The notes under the pieces are model-generated. The model saw nothing but the letters and a program-made list of their open reading frames with translations, did no database searches and was not told the DNA's origin. The translations under genes and the position numbers were made by a program. From Octopus vulgaris (lineage: Eukaryota), in contig OX597814.1 of NCBI GenBank assembly GCA_951406725.2, positions 61,814,001 through 61,878,000 of the forward strand: 64,000 bases of DNA. The letters run 5' to 3'. Below, piece by piece: positions 13,411 through 26,421 of the stretch (positions within the stretch are counted from its first letter, which is position 1; each line of letters starts with the position of its first letter).

Positions 13411-13497
13411 TTTCAATTTTTCCAATAATAATAACGTATATGCTTTGAGATGTTTGTCTTGCCTTAACGTTTGTTTTCCTCTTTAACAACTATATAC

Positions 13498-13545
<48 letters not shown>

Positions 13546-13924
13546 GTGTGTGTATATATATATATACACATATTTATACATAGATGCACACATGCACACG
13601 GACATACATACACACAAACACACACATATTTACATAGTGAATAGATCACGGTTAAAATATCCAGGCGAGTACCGTTCGAGTACTCAGTTTTAATCCAGGT
13701 TATAGCTAACTGCATCGAGTTAAGAAGTATTTAGGATTACTTGAGGTAATACATTGGGATTGCCCAAATTATTTCATCCAATGGGTAAATCCCAGGTTAA
13801 CTTTCCTGGATTATAAATATTCTACCAGATGTATATCAAAAACAATTACAATGACTACGGAAATCAGTATATCTGCATAATTTTTATTTCAACAGTCATT
13901 TGTACAGCATATTTGATTTAACTG

Positions 13925-14036
13925 TGTTTGACGCACGTTTCTGCTGCATAGAAATCTCGTAATTGCATTTGTACCCAGATACTTGCAACTTTATTCAAGG
14001 ACCATCCACATCAGTGGACGGCGTCTTCAGACAACA
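13925..14036 (-). ncRNA. Degenerate type I hammerhead-like motif with a long stem II insert
   Basis: Minus strand UGUUGU-CUGAAGA-CGC...GCA-GAAA-CGUGCG-UC-AAACA; stems I and II are imperfect. Confidence 0.4.
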
Positions 14037-14100
14037 TCACTGGATGAGCCTTAACTAAAGTTGCATAGACTAATAACCAGTTGAAAGTAATTGAGTAAAA

Positions 14101-14217
<117 letters not shown>

Positions 14218-14262
14218 CAGACATACAGACAGATAGACAGACAGACATATATATATATATAT

Positions 14263-14305
<43 letters not shown>

Positions 14306-14406
14306 TAGAGAGGTAGATAGATAAAGATAGTTAAAAAATCAATTTGTGGACAGAAAATCGATATAATCAATATTTGGTTGTCAGAAAGTGATAAGAACTA
14401 TTAATT

Positions 14407-14496
14407 GCTCCTAGTAAATTGATTATACAGGCTCCTAGTAAATTGATTATACAGGCTCCTAGTAAATTGATTATACAGGCTCCTAGTAAATTGATT
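14407..14496 (+). repeat. 24-bp minisatellite x3.7
   Basis: GCTCCTAGTAAATTGATTATACAG repeated head-to-tail. Confidence 0.95.
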
Positions 14497-14888
14497 GACA
14501 TCGTTCATTAGTTATTGGATTTTATAATGCCAGGAATGACAAGACTAGTCTGAAGCTGGAAAGAAAGATTGGCTTTTAATCTTTCAGACATCATACATGT
14601 AGCTCTATATAATGCTGTCTGTTCCACAGAATAGCAAGTGACGGATCGGAATTGATCGTCAAACCGTTCGGAAAATCTTTACGAGCATTAAAATATAAAT
14701 TAGGAAACAGGAAGTTTATAGTAGTTGTTGAAAATTCTTCTTTAGATGTGATCGAACAAACTTACAGAAATAATTAAAATAATGATAGTCATCGACTGAT
14801 ATTTATTTCAAGCAGCTTTTAAGTGCTTCTACATGAAATAGACTAATATAATCTGTGTTACTTTTTGTGAGGGTGGTTATTATTATTT

Positions 14889-15215
14889 AAGACGTCGCGC
14901 AGTATCCAATAACGTGATGTTGTTAATTGAAGATATTGTGTCTACCGGGAGTCACAACAAGGACCTCAGACGGACAGTACTTTACGCAATATGCGTGCAG
15001 TTACAAGTAATGCCGACTTTTGCAATACACCTAGATTATAGGGTATTTCTAAAGTTTCCGGATGTTCCTTCAGGTTGGGTGGTACTGAACCCAATGCTTC
15101 GGTGACAACAGGGACAACCTTTATGTTTGACTCTTGTGGCTGCCACATCTTGGCGATGTTGATACTCAGGTCTCCATATTTATCAATCTTTTCTATTTCT
15201 TTCAAGATATGTCAG
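14889..15215 (-). mobile_element. R4/Dong-clade LINE 3' end
   Basis: EKIDKYGDLSINIAKMW...VVPVVTEALG...LQKSALLVTARILRKVL, flanked by (TTA)n/(AAT)n. Confidence 0.87.
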
Positions 15216-15326
<111 letters not shown>

Positions 15327-16244
15327 ATTTCTATTTTCCTACACCAACTAATTTACAGTCCTGTACGTTTGCTTAGTATTTCTTCCATCACTACATTGGC
15401 AATTATGGGGAAGTCTTTGCTAATGAAGTCATAATAAGAATGAAACATATTTTCCTATACTTACTGAAATCATTCTAATGCTATTTACAATTTTTTTTTT
15501 TTTTTTTTTGCGGTGCAAAGGCAGCGAGCTGGCAGAATTGTTTGATCATCGGAAAATGAATTGCGCCTTTTATTCCGGTTCTTTAAGTTTTGAGTTCAAA
15601 TCCGTATATGGTCAACTTTGCCTACCACCCCCACAGGCGTAGATAAAATGAATTACCAGTCAAATACTGGATCAGATGGTATTATCAAATCCCTTCCCCT
15701 CAAAACTATTAGTTCTGTTCTTAAAATAGAAGCAATTATTTTTTTCACTGGATTATTATTTGTAATTAGCTTCTTAATGACCTATGCATTAAATAAGTCA
15801 ACATTAGCTAAATTAACATCTGTAGTAGTTTGTCTGTGAGTGTGAAAACATCATCTGCAGAATGTTGTAGGAAAGAATCGCAAGACGATTCTTCAAACCG
15901 AGCCATCTGACCGGAGACCGAGGAGTAGGTCAAGAACAAGGATGGTTGGATAACATCCAGTCTCAGCTGGTCTCTTATTTCTTCTTGGAATTCATCTGAA
16001 AGTCTAATGACGGTTCCTGCTGATAGGACCCAATGGAGGAGGTGCGTAAGGATTCAACACATCACAACCCTCCTAGGGATAATGGGAGGAGATGAATGAA
16101 TGAATGAAATTGTGTTTAATCCACTAGCTGGAGTGAAGAATAAAGAAAAATGTTTTTGGTCAAATTTTAAATTCAGACTATTAATTTGTAATTTTTAAAA
16201 AAGTATTACTATTTATGTAAATGACTATTTCTATTCTCTTTTAG

Positions 16245-16342
16245 CGTTTGCTTTCAAAGATTGTCTTCCAAATGGAACTTGGTTCCGTCACCCGATCTCC
16301 AACGTTTATTGGACCAATTATACTCCTTGTTTTAGAGATGTG
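16245..16342 (+). CDS. Class B1 GPCR (calcitonin/CGRP receptor-like), exon A: C-terminal part of the extracellular hormone-binding domain
   Basis: Pyrimidine tract + TTAG acceptor, GTAAGT donor. Translates (x)FAFKDCLPNGTWFRHPISNVYWTNYTPCFRDV, matching the C-x3-G-x-W-x2-HP-x5-W-x-NY-x2-C pattern of calcitonin-family receptor ectodomains. Ends in phase 0. Confidence 0.93.
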
Positions 16343-18904
16343 GTAAGTTTTAATATGTAAAATATTTTCTCCAAATACATCATTTGATCTTATGTACTTC
16401 AAAAGGAAAATTTGTTCACTGTTTAATTCAACATAGTAATAACAAGTAAAAATGCTATAAGCTTTTTATTAAATTCAAATAATTGCAAAAAGATTTGTTG
16501 ACTATCTGTTTGTACATGGCCGCTCAACCTGTTAGAAATATCAATCAAATCTCTCATATATTATTACACTGCCGTCTTAAAAGAAAGCAGGACACATCGA
16601 ATAATGTAGTCTGAGGAACACTGTCTAAAAAACATAAAATAGGATGATTATGACTGCTTCTGCTTATAATTCTTATCCAATTAGAGCTGATGTGGTATTA
16701 AACAGTTGCAACAACAACCACAACAAATATGTCGATGGATCTGGGAAGATGATGTAATTTCCGAGCGAACTAAAACCATAATTCGCTTTCGCTTCCTGTT
16801 GAAGCCAGTTTATTTAATTTCTTATATTTACTTGTAAATTTGTGGTCGTGTACCTAATAAATCAATATCTACTGACAGACATGTACTATCGTCTCTGACA
16901 TGAAAAATAATGTGTCGATAGTGTTTCCTGAAAATTACTTAATTTTGAAGTTGTTCAGAACGAATGACTCAGCTTTAACACTTGCTAAAGTCATAGATAT
17001 TTTAGGCAAGTTGGTGTTAACTTATGTAAGGCACAAAACCTAAAAAAGTAAACTAGAAATAATGATGCAGCAAATAAAAAAAATTTGATATTAAGCCAAA
17101 GCCTAATATTATTTTAGTTTTCTAAAATGTAGTGGGTGGTGGGGACGATTCAAAACAGTTTCGGTCTTATTTTGATCACTTTAGCGAAGTATAGACAACG
17201 TAGCCTCTTACTAGTTTAGTCTGATTGGACATATGCAACGTGCATTTACAAATGCTGTAACACCGTGCACTTTAGCACTTGATGGGTCTTCCCGAATGAA
17301 AAATGGAAAAGATTAGAGTAAATACAATCTAGGATTGTGCAATCATCTATCATTAGTTGTTAAGAATACAGCGAACTGCAGGAGCGTTAGCACGCCAGAC
17401 AAAATGCTTATTGACGTTTCGTTCTTCTTTACGTTCTGAGCTCAAATTTCACCGAGGTCAACATTACCTTTCATCCTTACTAGTACATGGGTCGATATAA
17501 CTGACTGACCCCCTTCCCTCAAAATCTTCTGGCCCTGTGGCAACCATTATTTGTTGCTAAGTAACGGTCGATTCTTTTGGGCTTCCGTCGGTCAGTGTTG
17601 ACTATGCATCTGCACATATATGTCCAAATCTGGGCTTGATGTTTTAAAGATGCTGAGAAATTTCCCAATGCATGCATGTCTACCTTGTCCACGCCAACAA
17701 TGTCTGTCCAAGGAAAAGAGTGCTGACATGTACCAATACAACCTGGCCCCATTGTCATCACCGTCGTTGCTGCCAGAACGCAAAGAACCGGACAAATAAA
17801 ACGCAAGGTTCTTCGCTCGATCTTCTAACAGTTCCATGAACATATCGTCCTGCATTGACATTTATTTATCGGCCCCAGTAAAAAATATTTGTTCCGACTC
17901 AATGCCTTCTGAGTTCAAATTCTTAAGTTAGTATTTGGGTTTAGAGGGTAAATATTTTTTTTTAAAAATACTGCGAGGCATTCCATCCACCTCTCTAACA
18001 ACTCTGATCCCGCAAATATACAGCCAGTGTCAGTCCAGCCATGACTATCTCGTCTTTATAAGATCTAGTGCATTGAAGATTACAATATCTCTTGCGTTCT
18101 TCCTTTTTTAAAATAATATAGAAGAGGTTCTTACAAAGTTTCAATTTTGTGGTATAAAGGAAATCAAGTAACAATTTACTAGGCACTTCATATAGAAACT
18201 AAAAGCAAATTGTTTTAAAGTTAAACAACTAGCACTCCTTGCTAGTATTCCAGTTGATCCGATCAACGGAACAGCTTGCTGGGGAAATTAACCTGCAATT
18301 AGCTGAGCACTCCCCAGGCACCTCTATAACCCTTACTGTATACTGTTTGAGAATCACTGCACTAGGGTATGATTTAAGAGAGGTTTAAGGTTGCTGTTTC
18401 TAGCAGGTAGAGCGATCATGTAGACGCTTTGAATGGAAGCAAAAGCATAACAAAATGACTTAAGACATTTTGCCTGTCATTCTAGCAATAATATTATTGG
18501 TACAATATTACAAGGGGTGTAGTCGACAATATCGCACCAGTACTCGAGAAGTCCTTTATTTCATAAATCCCGGAACTATGTTTAAGAATGTCGACTCTGG
18601 CAGAAATTGAACTCAATGAATAACTTAATACTGAAAGATATTTAATCTAGCATTCTACTGATTCTGCCATTCGTAATAATAATATATTTTACAAGAAAAA
18701 AGAAAAAAATGCATGTATGAACGATACTGTAGCTATCTGTCGTCATTGATATAACAAATTCCATTATTTTTCTGAATCACGTCGTGAATGCAATATTTCT
18801 TCTCTTTTTTCATTTCTCTCTTTCTCTCTCTCCCCCCCTCTCTCTCTCTGAGACTTTTTTTTATTACTTCCAGCCAAAAATAAAATATTGTTTTCTGTTT
18901 TTAG

Positions 18905-18999
18905 CACTTACCTGAAATTGTAGCGTCTGTCTTCATCTGGGGTCATGTGGTCTCCATTATAGCTCTTACACTTTCGATGGCGATCTTCAGCTACTTCAG
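18905..18999 (+). CDS. Class B1 GPCR exon B: stalk and TM1
   Basis: TTTTAG acceptor, GTTAGT donor. HLPEIVASVFIWGHVVSIIALTLSMAIFSYF has the class B TM1 G-x3-S motif. Phase 0 in and phase 2 out fit the neighbouring exons. Confidence 0.92.
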
Positions 19000-19171
19000 G
19001 TTAGTGGAGAAATTTGGTTATAAAACGTCTCTTTGAACAGCAGCAACAACAACCGTTCCTCCTCTTACTACTACTACTACCACTACTACTACTACGACGA
19101 CGACGGCGACTACTACTACTACGACTACGACTACACTACTGCTACTATTACTACTCTATTATTATTATTAT

Positions 19172-19560
19172 TATTACTTTGTGCGCGTAAGCGAAAGCAG
19201 GGCATTGTAATCAGTCATTTTTGTTTGTCTGTGTGTTTGCAAAATTACTGGAAAACAGCCGAACAGATTTTCACGACATTTGGTAGAAATACTCATTGGG
19301 CGAGTGACTAGAAACGATGAACATTTGGTTTGATTATCTTTTAAAAAGGCTTTTTTTTTTCATATGAATCGACCCTCGTCTGTGCGTATATATATCATAG
19401 TGTACCTATGCGAGTAGACACGTATGGGTACATACATACATACATACATACATACATACATACACACATACATACATGCATACGTATGCAACTCTGTGTG
19501 TGTGTGCGTACGTGCGTGTGTAAGTGCGTGCCTACGTGTGTGTATGTGTGTGCGTGCGTA

Positions 19561-19635
<75 letters not shown>

Positions 19636-20150
19636 ACAATGATGAATTCGAGGGTTTCGTTTATTTACCACTTGATTTCTTAATTTCACCGGAGTATAAA
19701 TACCTGTAATGTTGTTACTTAAAAAAAAAAATGTAAGTCGAACTCACAAATTTTGCGATAAGCAAGAGGTCATATTATTTTGTTTACTTTCTTTTTCATA
19801 TGAATCTGTCTTCCTCTTCGTGTGTATTGCTCATGGTGTACCTATGCGCGTAGACACATACAGGTACACACTTATATACATAAATAGATACATAGATATG
19901 CGACTTTGTGTGTGTATGTACATGCGTCTGTGTGTGTGCGCGTACACTGATAGATTTGAGGGTTTCGTTTATTTACGATTTAATTTCTAAATTTCACCGG
20001 AGTATAAATACTTATAATGGTGATACTTAAAAAGAACAGTCAGCCCGATTAAAAGGCATGGGTAAGCAATGCATTGCAAGCCACACTATAATTTGCGGAA
20101 AAATTTATCTGCGCGCAGAGTATGCATCACCCCTCAGATGCCTTTTTGCT
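19172..20150 (+). mobile_element. Helentron-associated non-autonomous element (HINE/DINE-1-like)
   Basis: Sub-terminal inverted repeats TACTTTGTGCGC (19175) and GCGCGCAGAGTA (20111), GTTTGTCTGT microsatellite near the 5' end, 3' hairpin GCATC...GATGC, T-rich ends and an internal tandem duplication. Confidence 0.65.
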
Positions 20151-20212
<62 letters not shown>

Positions 20213-20479
20213 GCTGTTGTTTTTGTTGTTGCTGTTGTTGTTATTATTATTGTTAATGGCCGTCAGTTTGACAATCCACACTTCACTTCGCACCGTAAAT
20301 TCTATAAGATCACAGATAGCTGTTGTGCCCAATTTTGGAATTTGCACTATCGTGGAAACAAGTTGTTTTCTACAGATAGGTGCGTCTCCTTTCGTGTGCT
20401 GCACCCATTTTAGGGGAACATCTCGATTTAATTTTGTGCTTTGTGAAATTTTTCGATTTCTCTTGTAAGTGAGAAAGGG

Positions 20480-23300
20480 GGAGAGGGGGAGGAGCGTCAG
20501 CCAGACTTAGTGAAAGAGGGAGTGAGTGCGATGTGCTATGTCATCTCCTTAGAAACAACAGACGATAAGCTTGTTTTTAACATGAGTGATGTTAAAATTG
20601 TTCACAAAGCGGAACAGAGAACTCTCGAAAACCAATTCTGTCACCAACAACTGCAGCAACAAAAATGACACCCACTTTGAAGTGGCAGCCAACAACAACA
20701 CCAACGATAAAAACGTAAACAAACAAAAGTCATTCGTACCTGATTTAACAAACAACTATATCAACACAGAAGACTATGTTCGACAACGATATGGGCAACA
20801 ACAACAACAATAACAACAACTATAACAACAACAATAAAAACAATAACAATAACAAAAGTTGCAACGATTTGAAAAGAGACTAACAAGCCAGTGCAACGGC
20901 AATTACAAACACTAGTCGTTCTTTCGCTAGTGTCACTCTTTTTAAAGAGTAAACTTCCCTCCCGACGAAGAAATTAATAAAAAAAAAAGGCCAGACACTT
21001 TGTCAAGCGAGATGGTCAAACTGTCAAACTCAGTGCCCCAGTTAACACCATCCAAAATATAGTACATCTGACAGTGGAGCTCCGTACGATTGGACTAAAA
21101 TCGAGAAAGGTGGAAAGAACCACCGAGACTAAATCCAAAAGGCATTAGGTTCCGTTTGAAACTTAAAAGAATATATACAAAGAGGAAGGGGTTATGGAAC
21201 AGTTGAAACAGAGGAGGAAACAAAATGCCACTCTCTAAAACCCCTGGAAAGTGGAGATCTCATGTTAGTTCCTTACTACTGCAGCAGGACACTAGCCAGA
21301 ATCCACGCCCAGCAGATGCCGCCAGAAATAACCTTTCTTTGGCTAATTGTTACAGTTATGATAGACATCGAACAAAAAACACCAAAAAATCTTCGAAATC
21401 TACCAGGCCAAAAATGAGAACTGCTCAAGAATGGGAATAGAACTCCTCGTCCAAACCTGTAAAAGAAAAAGATGTGGATGCTATCCCAGATCAGACGCAT
21501 CTCTCAGATCACACACCCCAGGTGGCGTCATCACATCTCTTAGGTAGCATCATCATCTCCGTTAGAGTGGGTGGAAGAAATGCTAAGTTTGATATCTACC
21601 TTTCGACTACATACCTAAGAGCTTTCTGCCCAACAGAAAGCGAAGGTACCCTCTCTTCTTCCAGTATCAAGGTATCCACCAATATCAGCCACCGAATGCC
21701 AAAAGGCAACAACATCATCAATAACCCGAGCTATAACATCAACAGACAATCCAGCGACAACAACCTCTGCAATACCAATTCCCACCATAGCAACAACGGA
21801 CTTCCTCAGTCACTCCTCAACTCCAATACATGACATGCCACTTTTCGATTCTGAACGGTCAGACATGACATACAGTGAGTCTGATCAGGAAAAGGAGTGG
21901 AAAACAAAAGTGAACAGAAAGAAAAAAAGACAAAAGAAAAACAAATCAACAAAAAACAACGAACAAAACATCATCCACACAAGAAGGAATGAGGAAAAAC
22001 CAAAGGCCGCAAGAAAAAACATAGAAAACAAACGCTACATCACTAACACTGCCACAAAAACATCAAACACCACCACACCTACCAACACGACAGTCGCAAC
22101 CCAGTCTACTTGCACATCTGCAACAACAACAGAAGCAAACACAAAAAAGCTAGCATTGCAAACTATATGGCGATAAACATAAAAAACTCAGACTTTATGA
22201 ATTACATAAAAACACAAACATCACACAAATAGATTTCATGACACGCACAATTCTCATACGTACACAAATGCAAATCATTCGAACAACATAAGGCACATAC
22301 ACATGCCTAAAGACTAAATTCCCGAAGGAAATCGGTGACTTTCGAGGGAACGTCACCAAACGAATATTTGGTGATTTGTCCCTGGAACACCCCAATCAAA
22401 ACCGCCCCATCACACAAAACCAAGTAAGTTCTCCTTCTGACATTTATTCTTATCCCATCTTAGATGCACGCTGGGACAATGTAGGGTTAGCAAGACAAAG
22501 TCAAAAGGTGCAAATGCAGTACAAATCGGCTCAAACGATTCCAGCTGTCTGACAGATATCTACTACACTTTCCGGTCCGCCAAGGTTGTACCCTTTCGTT
22601 CTTGTATGTACTGACACTTGAGCCACAACAGCACAAGCTGGAGACGCTGAGGGGGTATCCCGCGTTAACTACGATGCAGGAGGTCATATGCCGACGACGT
22701 CACCGTAGTGCTATCGAAAACCAAACACATTGAGATAATCGGCACCGCTCTTAGGGAGTACAAAGTGCTATCATGAACGAAAATTAATCGAGAAAAATCA
22801 ATGGGCTTGCAGCTCGGCACCTGGATAAGCACGCCCATGCCGTCCGACTGCGTTACTGGGCGCTGGTCGGACGGACCAGTTAAATTGTCTGGGGTGTGGT
22901 TCGGTCAGAACCTCCAGAGGGACAAAAACAGGGACGGGGTGAAAAGCAAGGCTGCTACTCTCACCCAGAAATGGGCTGAGGGGAGGCTTTCCCTGAAAGG
23001 TTGGTCAGAGATGGCTAACGCGTACATCACGTTCCTGTCATCCACTATCACCTGACTGTTGTGTCTTGTCCCGGTCCCTGTTTAGAGCATATACACTTTT
23101 GCTTTTCGTGGAATGGATGCGCTCCCATGGCCAGGCGATCAAACTGCTGTCAACACCCACTGCGTGGTGGACTGGACATGCCATATCTAATATTGCGCAA
23201 ACGTGCACTGAGGTAACATCTCCAGCGCTTCTTTGACGGTGAACAGGTGTGGAAACACTTGCTCATTCTATGGTTGACCCTCCAATTCGTGGCCACAGCT
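20480..23300 (+). mobile_element. Tx1/L1-type LINE, decayed (ORF1-like low-complexity region + RT fragment)
   Basis: RT motifs VRQGCTLS.LYVLTLEP, YADDVTVV, INREKSMGLQLGTW...GVWFG...RLSLKG at 22560-23260, preceded by an A/C-rich ORF1-like region. Boundaries approximate. Confidence 0.72.
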
Positions 23301-23379
23301 CAGTTTTGCGCCTCCAGTCTCTTTTATTATTATTGTTGTTGTTGTTATTATTATTATTAATGTTATTATTTTGGTTTGG

Positions 23380-23517
23380 CTTAAGTTCGGTCTTATTCCT
23401 GATAAGATTTATGTGGGCAACAGGTTACTACCTGTAACCTTAGGTATCCACAAGTTCTCAGCTGTCTTTCAAGTGCTTAGAACCCTCCTGATAATCCTTG
23501 CTGTCCCTAAGAGACAC

Positions 23518-23518
<1 letters not shown>
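23380..23518 (-). mobile_element. R4/Dong-clade LINE extreme 3' end
   Basis: Minus strand LLGTARIIRRVL followed by a 3' UTR, between (TTA)n tracts. Confidence 0.75.
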
Positions 23519-23564
<46 letters not shown>

Positions 23565-23565
23565 G

Positions 23566-25897
23566 CATGTTTGACTTTTGCTTTATATTTGTACAAGTTG
23601 GCTCCAAGTCTCACCCAGAGACTTCAAGAGGCAACAGGTTGGAAGTTCGTATTGTTGTTATGCCTAGTGTGCCATATATTTGGTTTGTATTTAGTGTTGT
23701 ACTAGTGAATGCCTAAAAAAAAACGAAAGTCATGTTTCTTTTAAAACTTGAGGTTACATAGAAAGTATTTTGCGAAGTCATATGAGCAGTTCCCATGAGC
23801 ACTATCTTTTGAATTTCTGCCATTTTGGGGTTTCCTGGCATCTGAGTTAGGTAGCGATCAGCCCCTTTTGCTATCATTCCCTGAGCACCTATGACAACAG
23901 GTATTGTTTTAGTCTTCAGGTTCCACATTTTGCTGATTTCTATTTCAAGATCTTTATATTTGCTCAGTTTTTGGTAGGTCTTGACAGATACGTTTATATC
24001 GATTGGGACAGTCATATCAATGAGGAGGCATGTTCTTTGTTTGAAGTTTTTCAATATGATGTCTGGCCTATTTGCATCTATCTTTCTGTCAGTTTGAATG
24101 GGGAAGTTCCAGAGGAGTGAGATGTGGTCATTTTCAAGCACTGGAGGTGGTTTGTGTTCCCACTAGTTTTTTTCATGGGGCAAATCCAGGTTTTTGCAGA
24201 TTACCCAGTGAATATATTGTGCAGCTCTATCATGCCTGTTGAGATACTCTGTAGGCGCTAGAAGAATGCACTTGGAGACAACATGATCAATGGTTTCATT
24301 TTGTTGTTGACATACACGACATGTTGGGCTACTGCCGTTCTTTAATATGTTGGCCTGGTAGTTCCTTGTTGGTAGCCATTGATCTTGGGCTGCTATGATA
24401 AACCCTTCTGTTTCAGATTTTAAACCAGAGGCCATTAGCCATTGATGTGTCATGGCTTTGTCAACATCTGCATTATTCGCAGCTTTGGGTATTTGCCATA
24501 GAGAGGTTTTCCTTGCCATTTATCATTCAGTATATCCAAGGCAGCAGTTTTAGCACGGGTTTTCATGCGTTTAGCTTTTTCTGTGCTTGTTTCTTGTATG
24601 TCTAATTCCGAAATTTGTTGTATTCGGAATTCACTTAGATATTCCTTTGCCTGTTTTGTTACTGAGTATGATGCTTTCTTGTTTTCATGTTTTGAGATAA
24701 GTTTTAACATCCAGTCCTCAGAGTTTTTCAGGTAGGTGTCTAGGCCAATTGTAGCAATCTTCATTGTTATTGCCTGTTGTAGAAGTCCACGGCCTCCCTC
24801 TTTTCTTGGCAGATAAAGTCGTTCTATATATGCCTTAGGGTAGTGCATTCTATGCATTGTCAACAGTTTTCGTATTTTTCTGTCAAGATTACATATTTCA
24901 GTAATTGACCAGTTAACGATATTGAAACTGTAAGTCACGACTGATATGGCTAAAGCATTGATCGCTTCGATCCTGTTTCTCGCATTTAGCTCTGTCTTGA
25001 GTATTGGTCTTACTCTGCGATAACATTCTCTCCTGATCCTTTCCTTCATCACTGAATGCCTTATTCCGTCCCTTTCAATTACCCCTAGGTACTTGTAGCT
25101 CTCCGCTGGGTCTAATTCTTTTATGACATTCTGCTGGTCAAGGTTAACGTTAGATGTTTCTGTCATTTTTCCTTTGATAAAGGTAGCTTTTGCACATTTA
25201 TCGAGGCCAAATTGCATTCTGATGTCATCGCTGAATTGTTTAACAATCGTTTGTAAGCCCTTGAGTTGATGGTCATTTTTTGCAAAGAGCTTTAAATCAT
25301 CTATGTAAATGAGATGATTTATATTTTTATCAAACATTTTATATCCGTACTGCGCGTCATTGAGCAATTTTGAGAGAGGTATTAAGGCTAAACAAAAGAG
25401 GAGTGGTGATAGTGAGTCACCCTGGAAAATGCCACATGAAATTTTTGCATCACCTGCATTTAGCGATTCATTGTCACTGTTCAAATTTAGTGTGATTCTC
25501 CATGATCATACTTACAGACAAAAAGTTTCGCAGTGTAGGTGCTATTTTACACATTTCCAGGCATTTCTTAATCCAGCTATGTGGTAGGCTATCAAAAGCC
25601 TTTTTATAGTCTATCCAGGCTATCGACAAGTTTTTGTATCGTTTGTGACAATCTTCTTAGATCATCTTATTGATGAGTAGTTGATCTTTACAACCATAGG
25701 ATCCACGTTTACATCCTTTCTGTTCATTCGGGAATATGCTGCTGTCTGTTAAAAAACTATAGGTATATTCCGTCAGGACAGATTTTAGCGTTTTATACAT
25801 AGTTGTTAAGCAGGTTATAGGTCTATAGTTTTTTGGTTAATTTGTTTCTTCACTTTTTGGGAGCAGGATTGTTAACCCATTAACTAGCCAAGGAGGC
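23566..25897 (-). mobile_element. R4/Dong-clade LINE, best preserved copy (5'-truncated)
   Basis: ORFs 24450-25484 (GIFQGDSLSPLLF, INHLIYIDDLKLF), 24163-24519 (CRVC...H..SKC) and 23713-24141 (RPDII...IDM...KYKDL); few disablements; (TAA)n tail. Confidence 0.95.
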
Positions 25898-25914
25898 TAT
25901 TTTTATTTTTTTTT

Positions 25915-26413
25915 CTTCTTCTTTCAAATTTGCTTCCATTTCTTGCCGAGCGTCTTCCCGACTCCTAGGGCAAAGAAACTCATAGTATACATTGGTAGGC
26001 CATTAAACCAAACTCAATAGTTCGTTCATTTTTTTTTTATTTTTTAAGGTTAAATTAAAATACATGGGCAGTAACAGCTCTCACAGCGACAATGCTCTTC
26101 TCAATACGTTTGATGTACCAGTTAGGACAATCTTTTGCACTTCTTGCAGGGATGGTAAGCCAGGGATCATTCTCATATAATTTTCGGTTCCCTTCTTGAT
26201 CATTCCTAGTGTTCCTACGATCACTGGTATTGTAACCGCCTTGAGATGCCACATTTTCTCAATTTCAATGAGCAGGTCTTTATATTTTCTGAGCTTGTCA
26301 AACTCTTTCGCCGAGATATTATGATCACAGGGGATGCTCATGTCGATCAATAAGCAAACTTTATTGTTTTTGTCTTTCACAACAATATCTGGTTTATTGA
26401 CTTTGATGGTTCG
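25915..26413 (-). mobile_element. R4/Dong-clade LINE 3' fragment
   Basis: KPDIVVKDKNNKVCLLIDMSIP...KYKDLLIEIEKMW...PVIVGTLG...QKIVLTGT. Confidence 0.9.
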
Positions 26414-26421
26414 TTATTATA

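Larger units (their letters stand above)
13050..13442. mobile_element. Fold-back (inverted) Penelope-pLTR-like element with an HHR motif in each arm
   Basis: About 190-bp imperfect inverted arms around an 8-nt loop (GAACTGTG at about 13241-13248). Confidence 0.8.

Noticed and set aside
13740-13800. WDCPNYF-like peptide as the missing upstream GPCR ectodomain exon
   Set aside because: No WDG-x2-CW motif and no convincing splice sites; the upstream exons probably lie outside the window.
14407-14496. 24-bp repeats as a CRISPR array
   Set aside because: Head-to-tail with no spacers; an ordinary minisatellite.
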